Shown here: one piece after another, positions 26,331-37,910 of the stretch
How the letters are laid out: the number at the start of each line of letters is the position of its first letter
Position numbering within the stretch: position 1 is the stretch's first letter
DNA from: Tubulanus polymorphus
Lineage: Eukaryota; Animalia; Nemertea
DNA length: 64,000 nucleotides
Direction of reading: 5' to 3'
Assembly (NCBI RefSeq): GCF_964204645.1
Contig: NC_134029.1
Span: forward strand, 10,132,850 to 10,196,849
The notes under the pieces: model-generated
Database searches by the model: none
What the model saw: the letters and a program-made list of their open reading frames with translations, nothing else
Told to the model about the DNA's origin: nothing
Translations under genes and position numbers: made by a program

Positions 26331-28879
26331 TTGAATACAGACCTTGAGAATGTTCCAAATCTCAAAACAACTATCAAACGCACGAGATCAATTTTGACAG
26401 AAAGTAAACGAATGTTATGTTCCTCATTATATACTAATATATTCCAAAGTTCCAATCTTTCCAACACAATCGACTAAGCCTAATATATTCAAATTCAATT
26501 TGAAACACCTTCCAGCTCGTGTCACGATCAGTAATAAAGATCGAACATCGAACATTCTCAAAAAAGCAAACCCGATCCAACGGTTTGCAAGCGTCAAGTT
26601 TGACACAGCCATGGCTGCCTTCATTTGCATGGAGCTGCTGCTGAAAATTCAAAAATGTAAATCGGGTACCGGTATTTAACCGAGGAGCGAGTGCTCGCCA
26701 TTACACCATGGTATTTCTGATGGTTAACTTTTGAGCAACTGCCAACGGCCATATTTCATTGATGCAATATACTGTGAAACAATATAATATTGATGGGAGA
26801 TCAATGAAACTTAAATGCCTGACACTAGAAGACTTATTTCGACTTTTGTGACTATCTTAGATGATTGGGAGAGGGGTCCAAAAATAAGGACATTTTCCGT
26901 ATATTAAGGCTGCGAGTAGGGTGCTCCTCGGTATTGAAACAAATACATCCAAAACAATTTAATTTGCAAGAGGATGAGTGTTAGATTTGTAGGTTTTATG
27001 CGATCACTGTCTTGACAAAGATGGTAACCTTAATGGGAAGGAGCAGGGGTCCGGACTACCGACCCTCCAAACCCGTAGTCTGTCCCTGTGTTACTAGAAA
27101 TATATCTCTATTTACCATTTTTTCAAATAACTAGGTGCCCTTGTTTCCATAGTTACTGAAAATTTTGATTTTAACAAAGTAGGACCGGTTGAATTGTCAA
27201 ATTTCTTGATATAAATATGCAAACATGATACTCTAGAAAACGTGGGTTGGAAGTTTGACTCGCAACTACTATCAAGTCAAGTCACATGACATACGTACAA
27301 TAGTGACAGGTGCAGTAGGGAAGTTGTGACGTTGTAGCTAGTATGCGAGAAATAGTTTTTGGTGTTTTAGTCCCCGATAAATTGCTGTAGCGCGTTAGTT
27401 GTAGTGTACTTTTCGCTAGTATGTGGCGAACTTAAGTTGCGCCACTGTTGGCCAGTCATAATCAAACTTCAGGCAGCACAATTTTTCAGAGACTAGACTT
27501 CATGAAAAACTATCTTAATTGAGCTGTTTTCTACAACGATGTGTTCAGTTTCTTGTCCCTTTACCCTTTACGACTTGCTCACCAGGGGGAGACATGCGTG
27601 GCATTGCCACATTCTTTTTTATGATTAGTTAACCTAACATAAGGGTTTGCATAACATGAAATTCAATATCTCCCCCATCATTTGCCTACCAAAACCGGTT
27701 GACTTATAGATGGCGAATTCATCGCACAACACCAGTTAGTTTAATGCCTTTTACTACTAAAACAAACTCATCAGTCGTTCTATGCAGTGTGTTAGTGGAG
27801 TCATCTATTGAAATTTTTATGCAAAATACCCCCTCTGCACTGGTGATTGCTGCAGATTTTATCACTCATAGAAGAAATGCTGCGTATTTTACATGAAAAA
27901 GCAAGACCAGATGAACAAAATAAAACCACAAATTTGATTATGATATCTCTTTTGGTTCTTGTGTTATGAATTTCTGGAAAACACGGAAATCCTGGCAAAG
28001 CGCAGCATTTCCCTTAAAAATAGGCCTGGCAGGCAAAGAGTTAATAATACTTATCATGTAGATCTGTGAAATGCGCGCTAGTACCTTATTTCTAATTCTG
28101 CCACTGTGCCATATCAACAATAGTTCATCAGTTTGTCTTAGATTGTCTTAGTTTGTGGTTAGATTTACATTTTCTAGCTGCATTAAGCTATACAAGCCTT
28201 GTTATCCCATGAATTTCCTCTCAAAAGATGTTCACACTCATGAGCAGGGGCATTAGAGGCGTATTGCCACTGCCGCCTCATCTAGTTATCTAGTCATTGA
28301 AACAAACAATCATTTCTCAGAGCAATTATGTGGAATATGTATTTTATCAACAGTGAGTCTGCAACATGTACATTTCTTCAGTACAGACTGATATGTACAA
28401 TGCGTACATATTACTATGAGTATGAGTGCCTTTATGATCAAACCCCTCAGAAACTGCTGCTACCTCTGCACCAGTATCCGTAACATTCGCATGCAATTTT
28501 GAAATTAAGCGAGATGATTACTGCCCAATCTATGAATGACAATTACTTATCTTAATATTTCATTAATGTCATTCACTGATTATGATTAGTTGGGTACGTA
28601 AACCCCTCCGAGTGACCAGCAATACATTACAACTTGGATTTTGGATCAGTAAATCTCGATTTTGATCTGATCCTAATAATATTTTTGCCATAGACAGGAT
28701 AGGCTAGTGTGTAAAATTTGATGTCTTATCTGGATTTTTCATGAACCAGATTTATTTCATTGGTTCATGTCATTTCATTTCATTTTATTGGTCCTGATTA
28801 AGCAGGGTCAGCTTTATTAGTGAATTTGATGAAATGTTGCTACACATTTATATGGATATAATTGAATTCATATTTTTAG

Positions 28880-29038
28880 GGTCCCGATTCGTACTACGGA
28901 ACGAAAGGTCTGCGAAAGGTGACACATGAGTCTATGCTAAGTGGAAAAGTTACGTTTCAATTCACGTATGCAGCGGGAAATAACAACGGAACATCAGTCG
29001 AAGATGGTCAAATTCCAGAAATCATATTCTTCAGTTAA
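28880..29038 (+). CDS. BTBD2: BTBD1/2-like terminal coding exon
   Basis: tttttAG|GGT: [52 protein letters not shown], with the conserved [15 protein letters not shown] motif. Total CDS 1569 nt, 522 aa. AATAAA at ~29592. Confidence 0.93.
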   Translation, partial: GPDSYYGTKGLRKVTHESMLSGKVTFQFTYAAGNNNGTSVEDGQIPEIIFFS

Positions 29039-30422
29039 AGCCTGTCTCTCAACGGTATCGTACATGTAACGTAAATTTCGTTCGTGATAGCGTGACTATC
29101 GCCTCTGGTTGATCTTTTCTTTTGTTGAAAATTCGAGTATGAAAAATCAGTCTGCATTTAACTTAGACTTTCTTCATTTGATTTGTGATTAAAGAAGAAA
29201 TGTGTGCGCACAGATTAGAATCTACTATTAGATAACGTTGATCCATTTATCTATTTGAATTTTTCATTTCTTGGAAACTCAAATGCATTAAAATGTTCCA
29301 AACCCTTTAAGTGCTAAGTGACTATAGCTCTTGAAATACATACCATACCCCTCAACTGCAGGCCATTATGCTTAAATCCATTTCTTGTTCATCAACATAA
29401 CCTAGGATTTTTTTATTGGATTTGAAATGAATTGCGGTGAGCATTCGTTGCTGAAATGGGACTACAGGGATCCGTGATTTCCTATTATTCCACGGTATCC
29501 GGTCTTTTCAGCTGTAAACAAATATTAGGCTTTTCGAACATGAGTCCGTGGAATCACAGTGATCATTGTTCAAATCTGCTGAATCGAATCAAATAAAATT
29601 TGTTGCTTCATTGTACAAAAATATTAATTTGGTACGACAAAATGGATGTTCTGATCATTAATATTGTTTTTGATTGATGAAATCAGGCCGTAATATCAAA
29701 ATTTTCTAGACTAGTTTGTTGTTTTTTTCCCAAAATTTATTGACTTTTATTCGCCCTTACTTCACTGATAAATGATATGCAGAAATAAATTCTTTGGGAG
29801 GGAGGTATGAATATGAGTGCGGTTTCTCATGCCCTTTTCGGATCATCTGTAATCTCATCCATCGACTGTGGCAGTTAGTAGGTAGGTATGTCGCTGAAAT
29901 GTTATTTGAAAGTTGAATATTATATCCAATACACCTGATAAATGTGTTAATATGGTATCAATGCTTAAAAAATATTGTGCATATTACGCTGCATCGGATG
30001 CAAGGTTTAACACTTGCCAAAATATTTGTTCAATATGATTATTAGTTGCCGGGTATACAGTTAACTCCGCCTAAGTCGGATAAATTTGTACCCGATAATT
30101 TCGACATAGCCGGAATCCGACTTAGAAGACCAATATTTTGCAATATTTTGGAACTCATTTATCAAGGACTATGGTTGCTAATATAAGCTTTATTCACTGT
30201 AAAAACTGTTACATGCAGAAAAAAACATAAACAAAATATAGCTGCAAAGCAGCGATAACGGGTTTTCTGCACAGTCTTTGAATCCTGTTCAATGGTTAAT
30301 ACAGTTTTATAAGAGGAAGCTCGACAAACAGTCAATTAGACCTTCTTGAAACCATGGACAACTGAACCAGATGTCCTATTTGACTCTGGAAAATCGACTG
30401 TTAGGCGATAATTACTCTTTAT

Positions 30423-30715
30423 GATTTTGACAAAGCATTTAATAAGGTACAACATCAGCCATTACTAAACAAGGCTATTAGGAAACAGTATCAATGATAG
30501 GTTGCCGAAATGGCTCAGCATTATCTCTGAACGAAAACTTGTAGCCGAAATCAACGGAACGCTTCATCTTGGATTAAGTCGGTCTAACTAGTCGAGTCAC
30601 GCAAGGTAGTATCCTAAGTCGTCTTCTGTTTAATGTCCTGACAAATGACATACAAAGAATCCAAAATATACCAGACCGAGTAAATTTCCAAAACGACCTT
30701 AACACGCTGTTCGAC
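30423..30715 (+). pseudogene. Degenerate CR1/L2-clade LINE reverse transcriptase fragment
   Basis: DFDKAFNKVQHQPLLNK at 30423 and VTQGSILSRLLFNVLTNDI at ~30596 match the RT motifs DFSKAFDKVPH and GVPQGSVLGPLLF. Frameshifted; the YADD region is missing. Confidence 0.75.
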
Positions 30716-31072
30716 CAAAAAACATAATGATCCGACAAGAAAATCTTGTACGCTTTTTGTTTGAACCAAAACTTATCTTCATCTGAAAGCTATGTTATTG
30801 TTGAAATGAAAAACTTTTTGTCCCGGCAAAAAAATTTGGTTGAGCGAAAACAATTTTTTCGAACGAATGTTTGAATGAAAACAATTCTGTTCGGTTGAAC
30901 GAAATACTTAATACTTTTGGTTCGGAGAAAAAAACTTTTTACAATATACTTGTTCGAACGAAAAACTTAATGTTCTGAAAAGAAAATTCTGATCAAATTC
31001 AAACGATTCTGTTCAATCGAAAGGTCTTTTGAACGAAAAAAAAGATATTTCTGGGGCTCCGCAGTAACTTAA

Positions 31073-31400
31073 AGCCGGACGTAGGTCAGCCTTGCGACGC
31101 GATGCGATCCTCGCGTTGCATCGCAAGTTTCGGTGCAAGTCGGTTGCGATACGATTGTCAGCGACTGTGTGCGACTAGTTTCTGCCAGTCGCAAGAGCGC
31201 GTCGGTTGGTTGTGACAGTCGTGTCTCGTCGCAGAAAGTAGAACACGTGCAACTCCTTGTGACTGGCGTTGCTGAAAGTCGCAACCCGTCGCAAGGGAGC
31301 GTAGGTCGATGAGTCGTTGCGACACAATCGTCGCTGGCGGTCGCAGTGATAGGCGTCGCAGTGAATCACAAGCCGTCGCAAGGCCGACCTACGCCCTGCT
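31073..31400. mobile_element. PIF/Harbinger-type MITE
   Basis: TAA|AGCCGGACGTAGGTCAGCCTTGCGACG ... CGTCGCAAGGCCGACCTACGCCCTGCT|TAA. TAA TSD, many internal GTCGCA/TGCGAC repeats. Confidence 0.8.
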
Positions 31401-31766
31401 TAAATCATAAGAAATTAATGAAATACCAGTTTCATTTATGATGAAAAAACTCAAATGAAAAGTCTGGCTTATAAAGCTGTCTGCTCAGACGAAATTTTCA
31501 AAAAAACCTTCATTTTTGGCAATAAAATTGATAATTGTGATTGATCGTTGCAAGTCACAGCCAGTTAATCACTATGCATTTTAATAAATCTTGATTCCTC
31601 CTTTACAGTGAACTTAGCTTTAACCTAGTAGAGGCTACTAGCCTATGTAGGCCTATGTATATGCGTAGGCCTAAAATCTGGACAGATTGGTCGTAGGCCT
31701 ATTGAATTACAACCCACCTAAATATCGTAAATTTTGTTTTGAAGTTCAATCCAATGAGTCCGTTAA

Positions 31767-32054
31767 CCCTTTCAGTGCTGACTAATTAATACCCTATAGT
31801 GCTGAAGATAATTTGAAAATTTTGAAAAATTCCACCCTAGTGTGTTGAATAACGGGAATACCACTATAGTGCGTCTACACCGCGGTGCGGTGTATCGTTA
31901 GTTACTGATATTTCACTATGTTTGACTGGTGCTGCCATCTTTCAATAGAGATAATTAGTAATTACTAATTAAATCAATACACTGCAGTGCGGTGTACTAG
32001 CAAAATCCATCACTGATTTGTACACCGCACTGCGGTGTAGACGCACTGAAAGGG
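31767..32054. mobile_element. piggyBac-type MITE (288 bp)
   Basis: TTAA|CCCTTTCAGTGC ... GCACTGAAAGGG|TTAA. TIR nearly identical to the 18970 element; internal TACACCGC.GTGCGGTGTA palindromes. Confidence 0.85.
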
Positions 32055-34065
32055 TTAATAAACGCAACAATTATACTGTGTTTGTTTAGTAAAGCTCAGT
32101 ACCGGTAGGCCTAAAGCCGCGTAAAACTCGATAAACACTTCAAGCGACACAGCAAACGATCTCCTTTCCCCCACAGCGAACGCTTACTCCGAATGTCAAG
32201 TGTGAGTCCAGCATACGGAAAGGAGTGTGTTATATACTTGTATTTAGTAAATACCTTGTGCATTTGACAATGATCGGCATGTACTGTAGGAAATATAGAG
32301 TATTGATGGTATTGATATAGAGGTTGAAGCCCGCGGCCGAATAAAGTAATATATTTTTTTATTTTGATACCTCGTCGACGTAACAGCTTTTCTCCGCTAT
32401 ATCTCTTCGGCGTGTTTAGTTTAGGCCTACGATTCCCCGGTACACTAAAGATTTAACTTAGTAAATACACGGTTAATTCGGTAAAGAAAAATAGGTATTG
32501 TTAAACTAACTCCTTGATACCCGCAGCCAAATCACTGGTAATAATAAATTAATTTGTACTCGATTTGATTCTCATGATGAGGAGAAACTCGCAGCTGATC
32601 CCCGGAACGACGATGTAGTAACACACGTCGATTCGTCGATTTTTACGGCTCGACAGTGCTTTTAAAATCTAAAGTAGTAAATTTCCAGTGTATAGGTAAT
32701 ATGATTTGATGAGGAAAATGGGCTATTGTTAAAATCACTGTTTGAAGACCGCGACTGAATGTGAAGTCTGCGGCAATAAATTAGTTCATTTATACTTGAA
32801 TTGATAATCGAAGTGACAGTCGGCCTGCGGGTTGATTTTGGGATGACGACTCGAAAAACATGTCACCCCATTGAATGGGGCTAAATTTTCGATGTTTACG
32901 GCCCGACAGCGCTTTTGTAACGATGATTCGTGAAAAAACACGCAGGCTATTTGTAGATCTCAGTGAGCTGAACGATATTATATGGATTGTATATGAAACA
33001 GCGGTAAGGTAACAAAGCCTATGTTCTTTTGGTAAAAATAGTGTGGAAGAAAATAATAATAATAATAATCACGCGGATATCAATAGGGTTTTCTGTGAAA
33101 TAACAGAAAACCCTAATAATCAAATGTGTACTATTTGAATAAGTAACCTCAGTTTTTGGTTGTTTGCGGCTTGTATCATCTGTCTGATGTACGATCGATT
33201 GGCCCTATCTAAATCTGTAGCCTGGGAATCCCCTCATCAGCATTCACATGCCGGGTGCGACCTCGCATGCCAGCAGTCGTTCTGCTGTCAGCGCCATTTA
33301 TCTGGGATTCGAACCCACCCGCGGAATTCATTTACTGTTCGGAACCGTCAGCGCCAGCCCTACGAGCCATTATTGGTCCGGTCATAAATTGTCAGAATTC
33401 ACTGGGGGTTAAATAATACTGGTTAGACCAATGGACGTTCAGAATATACGACTTAGGCGCAGTAAGTAACAAAAGCGACTGAGACATTGCTACCAGATAG
33501 GCGATTATCCGACTTGACCGGCTACGGCTTAGGTGAATAGGAAAGCATTACTTAATAAAGGAAACTGAAAATTTTTTTATATTGCATCGAGTTGAGCGGT
33601 TATACGAGTTGGTCGGATCCGACTTAGGCAGAGTTTACTTGTACTACACTATGATGATGTTTGTCAACTTGATTACAAATCGCCTGTAAACATGTCCACT
33701 TTGGTATTGAATAAGATGTACATGTATGTACCGTGTATTTTAGAAAATGTCCCTATACATAATCAGAACTAGTGATGGCACACGCTCTATTTAACGTACA
33801 GCTGGTTTCTTTTTCATTACTGTTTAAACATCAATGGCCGTGCAGTTTTTGGCACACATTCTTGGTGAAAGTTTTGTGGATTATGCAGTAGTCCCTGTCT
33901 GATCTGGAAGTTTAATTCGGATTTTGGTCCTGCAATCGAGATTTTATTTACAGTCCACCTATACATAAGTGTTGATCATGACGTTTAGTCCAGATTCTCG
34001 TAAACCACATGGGTGTCATTGGTCAAAATGATTGGCATTTAACAGTTTACTTAAGTAAGCCGTCT

Positions 34066-34240
34066 TGTGCGGTTAGCTCAGTTGGTTGAGTGGAGGACTG
34101 GGAACCAAGCGGTCCCTGGTTCGAAACCACTTCTAGTTTTGGTTGTCAAGTTGAGGGCTATAGTAACCTATAAAAAGGACTTGGCCCACTACGGTTACAC
34201 CGTTACTCTGTTGGGACATGAAACTACTACTAAACTACGA
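34066..34240 (+). mobile_element. tRNA-derived SINE (Pol III A and B boxes)
   Basis: A box TAGCTCAGTTGG (~34074), B box GGTTCGAAACC (~34118). The acceptor stem does not pair. Followed by a non-tRNA body and an (ACT)n-like tail. Confidence 0.6.
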
Positions 34241-34671
34241 GCAATTATCTAATTGCTCGTAGTACTAACTAACTAAGAGCTTAATGATCCCGATATGTTC
34301 ATCAGCCTTGAATGGTTATCCAGTTGTCATATACCTTGCTCTCTGCCAAGTGAAATGGGCATGGTGTCCTTTGTCCTTGAACCTTTGGTTTACTTGCGCA
34401 CTCAGAATTTGCCATTTAGATTAAATGTTTGGTTTATGTCAATCTCAATCACTAAACCATGTAATAAGAAAGTTAGAAAGCTAGAAAAGTTACCTTTGTG
34501 TCCAATTTTTTCTTGTTCATTACTTTTCGCCAAGTTTTCTTTGATATATCATTTGTTCTGTGCTCTCAAATTAAAGGACATTCTTATTCATAAAATGGAT
34601 ATTTTATTTTACGCAATAATAGTCATGATCGCTTAAGTGAATTGGATTCAATATCTATATATCTGTATATT

Positions 34672-34764
34672 ATAAAATATAAGTCCCACAATCACAGGAT
34701 CGAAAAGATAATAAAGCATTTTAAAATCTTTTTCAACCCTGTGATTGTGGGACTTATATTTTAT
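34672..34764. repeat. Inverted repeat/hairpin with 27-bp perfect arms
   Basis: ATAAAATATAAGTCCCACAATCACAGG ... CCTGTGATTGTGGGACTTATATTTTAT. Confidence 0.85.
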
Positions 34765-36443
34765 TCGTCTCTCGCGATTCATTGTGTAGTTTTATCACGT
34801 TATCTATATATCATGTTTCACAAGCCCCAGCGTAGTAGTAGTAGCGACAGCGCCACTGACCGGATCATGTGACGAGACAAAATGGTGGCAGCCATAACCT
34901 TTAGAATAAGTGTATCAAAAGCAAAGATAATATCTCAACCGACGGACATTATTTGATGTCTGTTGTAGGGCAGGTTGATAATCCAATATTCTTTCGTAGC
35001 AGATGAAAATAAAGAATAGGGATTTCAGTAGAAATTCCCTGTTAATCCTATTTCCCATTTTTGTATGCCTTTTGTGCCTGAATGTGTTGTGAAGAATGGC
35101 ACATGAATTAGATAGTTTGAGGCAAAAGAGAACATTATTGTCATCCTCAGGTATATACCGGTATGCATTGTTAATCTTTTATCGATTTCATTAAGTCTTG
35201 TTAATATGTGATGTGTTCAAAATTCATTTCAGTAGAGTCTGCCTAATTTCAGATTAGTAAATCTTTATTCTTATCTATTCTGGATACTTTTTACTTTTTC
35301 ATTGGTCCCGAATAATCAGAATCTAGATAATAGATAATGATTGATAATAATCCGAATGAGGCAGGGTCTACAGTTTTTGGATCTCACTGCTAGGTTATTG
35401 TGTGTCCATTCATCTGCAGAAGATATTTTTTGTTTGTGTCTGCTTTTGTTGTTTTCTTCCTTTTGTTTTCCAATCCCAGCGTAAGTTGAAAGGTTTTTAA
35501 AACCTTTTTGATTAATTTCGCTATCCAAATAATATACATGTGTGACGACTGTCAGAGCAGCTATAAAGTTGACTTTTCGCGGATTATTATGAAAGGGTTA
35601 ACTGCATTCTTACATTTTCTAGTCATTGTAACATTCAAACTATATATCACATTGCTTATTATCCACGAATTCATCCATCACCAATCAGTTAACGATTTCG
35701 CATTATTCGTAAATTGTAAATCAAATATAAAACTTTATTGTTTCAATCAAAAGTAGCGTTTCATTCTTTTTTTATTGGTCATTCCAGAGAATGTATGGTG
35801 ATATCGCAGCGAATTCCACACCTATTGTTTAAGATAGATTCTTGACTCGTGCGTACATTCCAGCAGTGTTTGATATAAACTCGAAACTGTGTAACTGTGG
35901 AGGCTTTTGAGGTTTAAGTGGCATAACCAAAATATTTCGAATTTTTGGTTATCGCTCCACACTGTTTTGCCCTTAGAACTGCACTATAACAACCTCAGAA
36001 AACCAGATGGCGTGACTACGTAATAGTTGGTTCCAGGTTTAACAGCTAGCATATGAACGTTTAACTGGATTTTGGTGTCAACCATGTAGACCTATCAAAT
36101 CGCCATGGAACGTATAAATTCTGTAAATCTGTTATTTGAATTGGAATTGTTAAAAACACCTAAAGGAAGAGTGTAAGAGCGTAAGTTTCATTCTCAGGGA
36201 GTGCTTTTTTAATTTAAAATCTGTAAATAGATAACTTCTACATAAAAATCTCTGTCAGTAACAGCAGCCAGGGGTTGTGGCAGCACCAACAACCACCCCC
36301 CCGCCCCCGAAGGAAAAGGTCCGCAATTTTACTAATCAATGAGGAGATTACTCACTTTTATACGAGCTTCGATGACGGAAAAACGACTTGGCAATCGACG
36401 AAATGCGCCATCAAAATGTCTTATTGTAAAATGATAATATGCC

Positions 36444-37028
36444 AGTAAATAGGAATTAGTTGTTCTGTACCAAAGGTCGAACGGTCGAGCTCGTAAAAAA
36501 TAAAAATAAATTCTCGCACGCTCGAATTTATTTTTATTTTTTACTCACTCGACCCCTCAACCTTTGATATAGAACAACTAATTCCTATCTACTCTTAAAA
36601 TATTCATATTTAAAAAGTGTGAGTAAAGTGTTAGCATAATAATCTAGATAAATAAGATCAAATATAGATTTTGAATAATAAAAAATCAATTTTAAACATA
36701 AAAAGTGTGAGTAAAGTGCAAACATAAAATGTGTGAGAAAAAGTAACGAGTAATTAACAAGTTGTTAGAATTAAAATCAATTTCAAACATAAAAATTGTG
36801 AGCAAAGTGTGAAATAATTCATATTTAAATCATTGAATATTTATATTTGAATGAGTTTTGATAAGTGTTTTGTTATTAAAATGAAGAAAGAAGAAGAACC
36901 CAACTTCAAAATCGAAATAAAAGAAACCAATAAATTATTTTCACAGTTTAACATTAGAAATTATATTTCAGCAACAAATTTAGTGTCCGCAAGACATTAT
37001 AAAATCGATAACATTACTATGATTAATC
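36444..37028 (+). repeat. Left terminal inverted repeat (585 bp) with 150-nt terminal hairpin and GTGTGAGTAAAGTG sub-repeats
   Basis: Reverse complement of 39628-40227 with about 12 substitutions and two indels (11 and 4 bp), counted by eye. Confidence 0.95.
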
Positions 37029-37513
37029 AAATATCAAATGAAACATATTTAATTACTGAACTAGTAGATACTTTTGATAATGGAATAAAAAATCCTAAGA
37101 TATTTAAAACAGTTTTAAAATTAAAAGGAACTTTAGATGAAAACATAATAAATATTCTTAAAATTCCTTTCAATGAAAGAAAAAGTGATATAATACTTTC
37201 AAAAGATTATAATGATTTGATTAACTTCAGAATTGAAAAAAGAAAATTATATTATTTCAATTTTGATAATAAACAATTTATCTATAATGAAAATTCATCA
37301 AATATTGGAATTCAATGTGAATCAGTTAATAATAATTCTTATAAAGATATTGCAGTTCAATGTAACTTAGATGATGAATTTAGAAAATTCAATCCTAATG
37401 AAAAAGTGTATTGTTATTGTGGTGGCAAATATTTAAAATCACATAAATCAAAGCATTATCAGACAATTAAACATATCAATTATGAAAAGAATAATAATTC
37501 TATATTGAAATAA
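36851..37513 (+). CDS. Element ORF1: 220-aa orphan protein with a C-terminal CxC...H...H zinc-binding motif
   Basis: Uninterrupted 663-nt ORF in very AT-rich DNA. Ends KVYCYCGGKYLKSHKSKHYQTIKH, a motif type seen in large DNA virus and polinton-like accessory proteins (recognised from memory). Confidence 0.75.
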   Translation: MSFDKCFVIKMKKEEEPNFKIEIKETNKLFSQFNIRNYISATNLVSARHYKIDNITMINQISNETYLITELVDTFDNGIKNPKIFKTVLKLKGTLDENIINILKIPFNERKSDIILSKDYNDLINFRIEKRKLYYFNFDNKQFIYNENSSNIGIQCESVNNNSYKDIAVQCNLDDEFRKFNPNEKVYCYCGGKYLKSHKSKHYQTIKHINYEKNNNSILK

Positions 37514-37623
37514 GATTAAGCTGTATGTTTCAAATATCATAACTCAAAAATAATAATTTAACTCTAAATATTCATATTCAAAATAAGATATTTTATAAGC
37601 TGTTTAATTTTTCTCTTAAATAA

Positions 37624-37821
37624 ATGGATGGTTTCATCGCAACTGGGAAAAGTGATTTGAAACATTATCTTGTAGCAGGAGAGTTAATATTAGCTGCATT
37701 ATACTTTTACTATGAGAATATTAGTAAAGATTTGATGAATGAAAATATTAAACTGAGCAATAAATTGAAAAAATTGAATGGAAATAAAAATAATCATAAA
37801 AAAGTTATTGAATCAGATTAG
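37624..37821 (+). CDS. Element ORF2: 65-aa protein with a hydrophobic segment and basic tail
   Basis: Starts in a TAAATG context; LVAGELILAALYFYY hydrophobic stretch; co-oriented with ORF1. Confidence 0.5.
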   Translation: MDGFIATGKSDLKHYLVAGELILAALYFYYENISKDLMNENIKLSNKLKKLNGNKNNHKKVIESD

Positions 37822-37910
37822 TGAATTAATTAAATACATAAATTAGTGAAAATATATTAAACTTATTACATCTAATATATAGAAATCAACAGAATATTAA
37901 ATCAATTATT

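Larger units (their letters stand above)
25066..27270. mobile_element. Long-TIR non-autonomous DNA element, superfamily unassigned; hosts the hAT derivative below
   Basis: Imperfect ~155-bp inverted repeats at 25066-25221 and 27117-27270 (AGTAGTTGCGAG.CAAACTTCCAA ... TTGGAAGTTTGACTCGCAACTACT; CCGGTCCCTACTTTGTT / AACAAAGTAGGACCGG). No clear TSD. Confidence 0.65.
30230..33118. mobile_element. Helentron-like (HINE) element nested in the pogo element, with ~250-bp internal core repeats
   Basis: Starts AACAAAATATAGCTGCAAAGCAGC...GGGTTTTCTG. Ends with (AAT)n and the hairpin TAGGGTTTTCTG-TGAAATAA-CAGAAAACCCTA (33084-33115). Repeated cores at ~32635 and ~32890 (TCGAT.TTTACGGC.CGACAG.GCTTTT). Confidence 0.5.
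30058..33641. mobile_element. pogo/Tigger-type element expanded by nested insertions
   Basis: TA|CAGTTAACTCCGCCTAAGTCGGAT ... ATCCGACTTAGGCAGAGTTTACTTG|TA, with internal ATCCGACTT repeats near both ends. Confidence 0.7.

Noticed and set aside
34066-34140. Functional tRNA gene
   Set aside because: A and B boxes are present, but the acceptor and anticodon stems do not pair properly and a SINE-like body follows.
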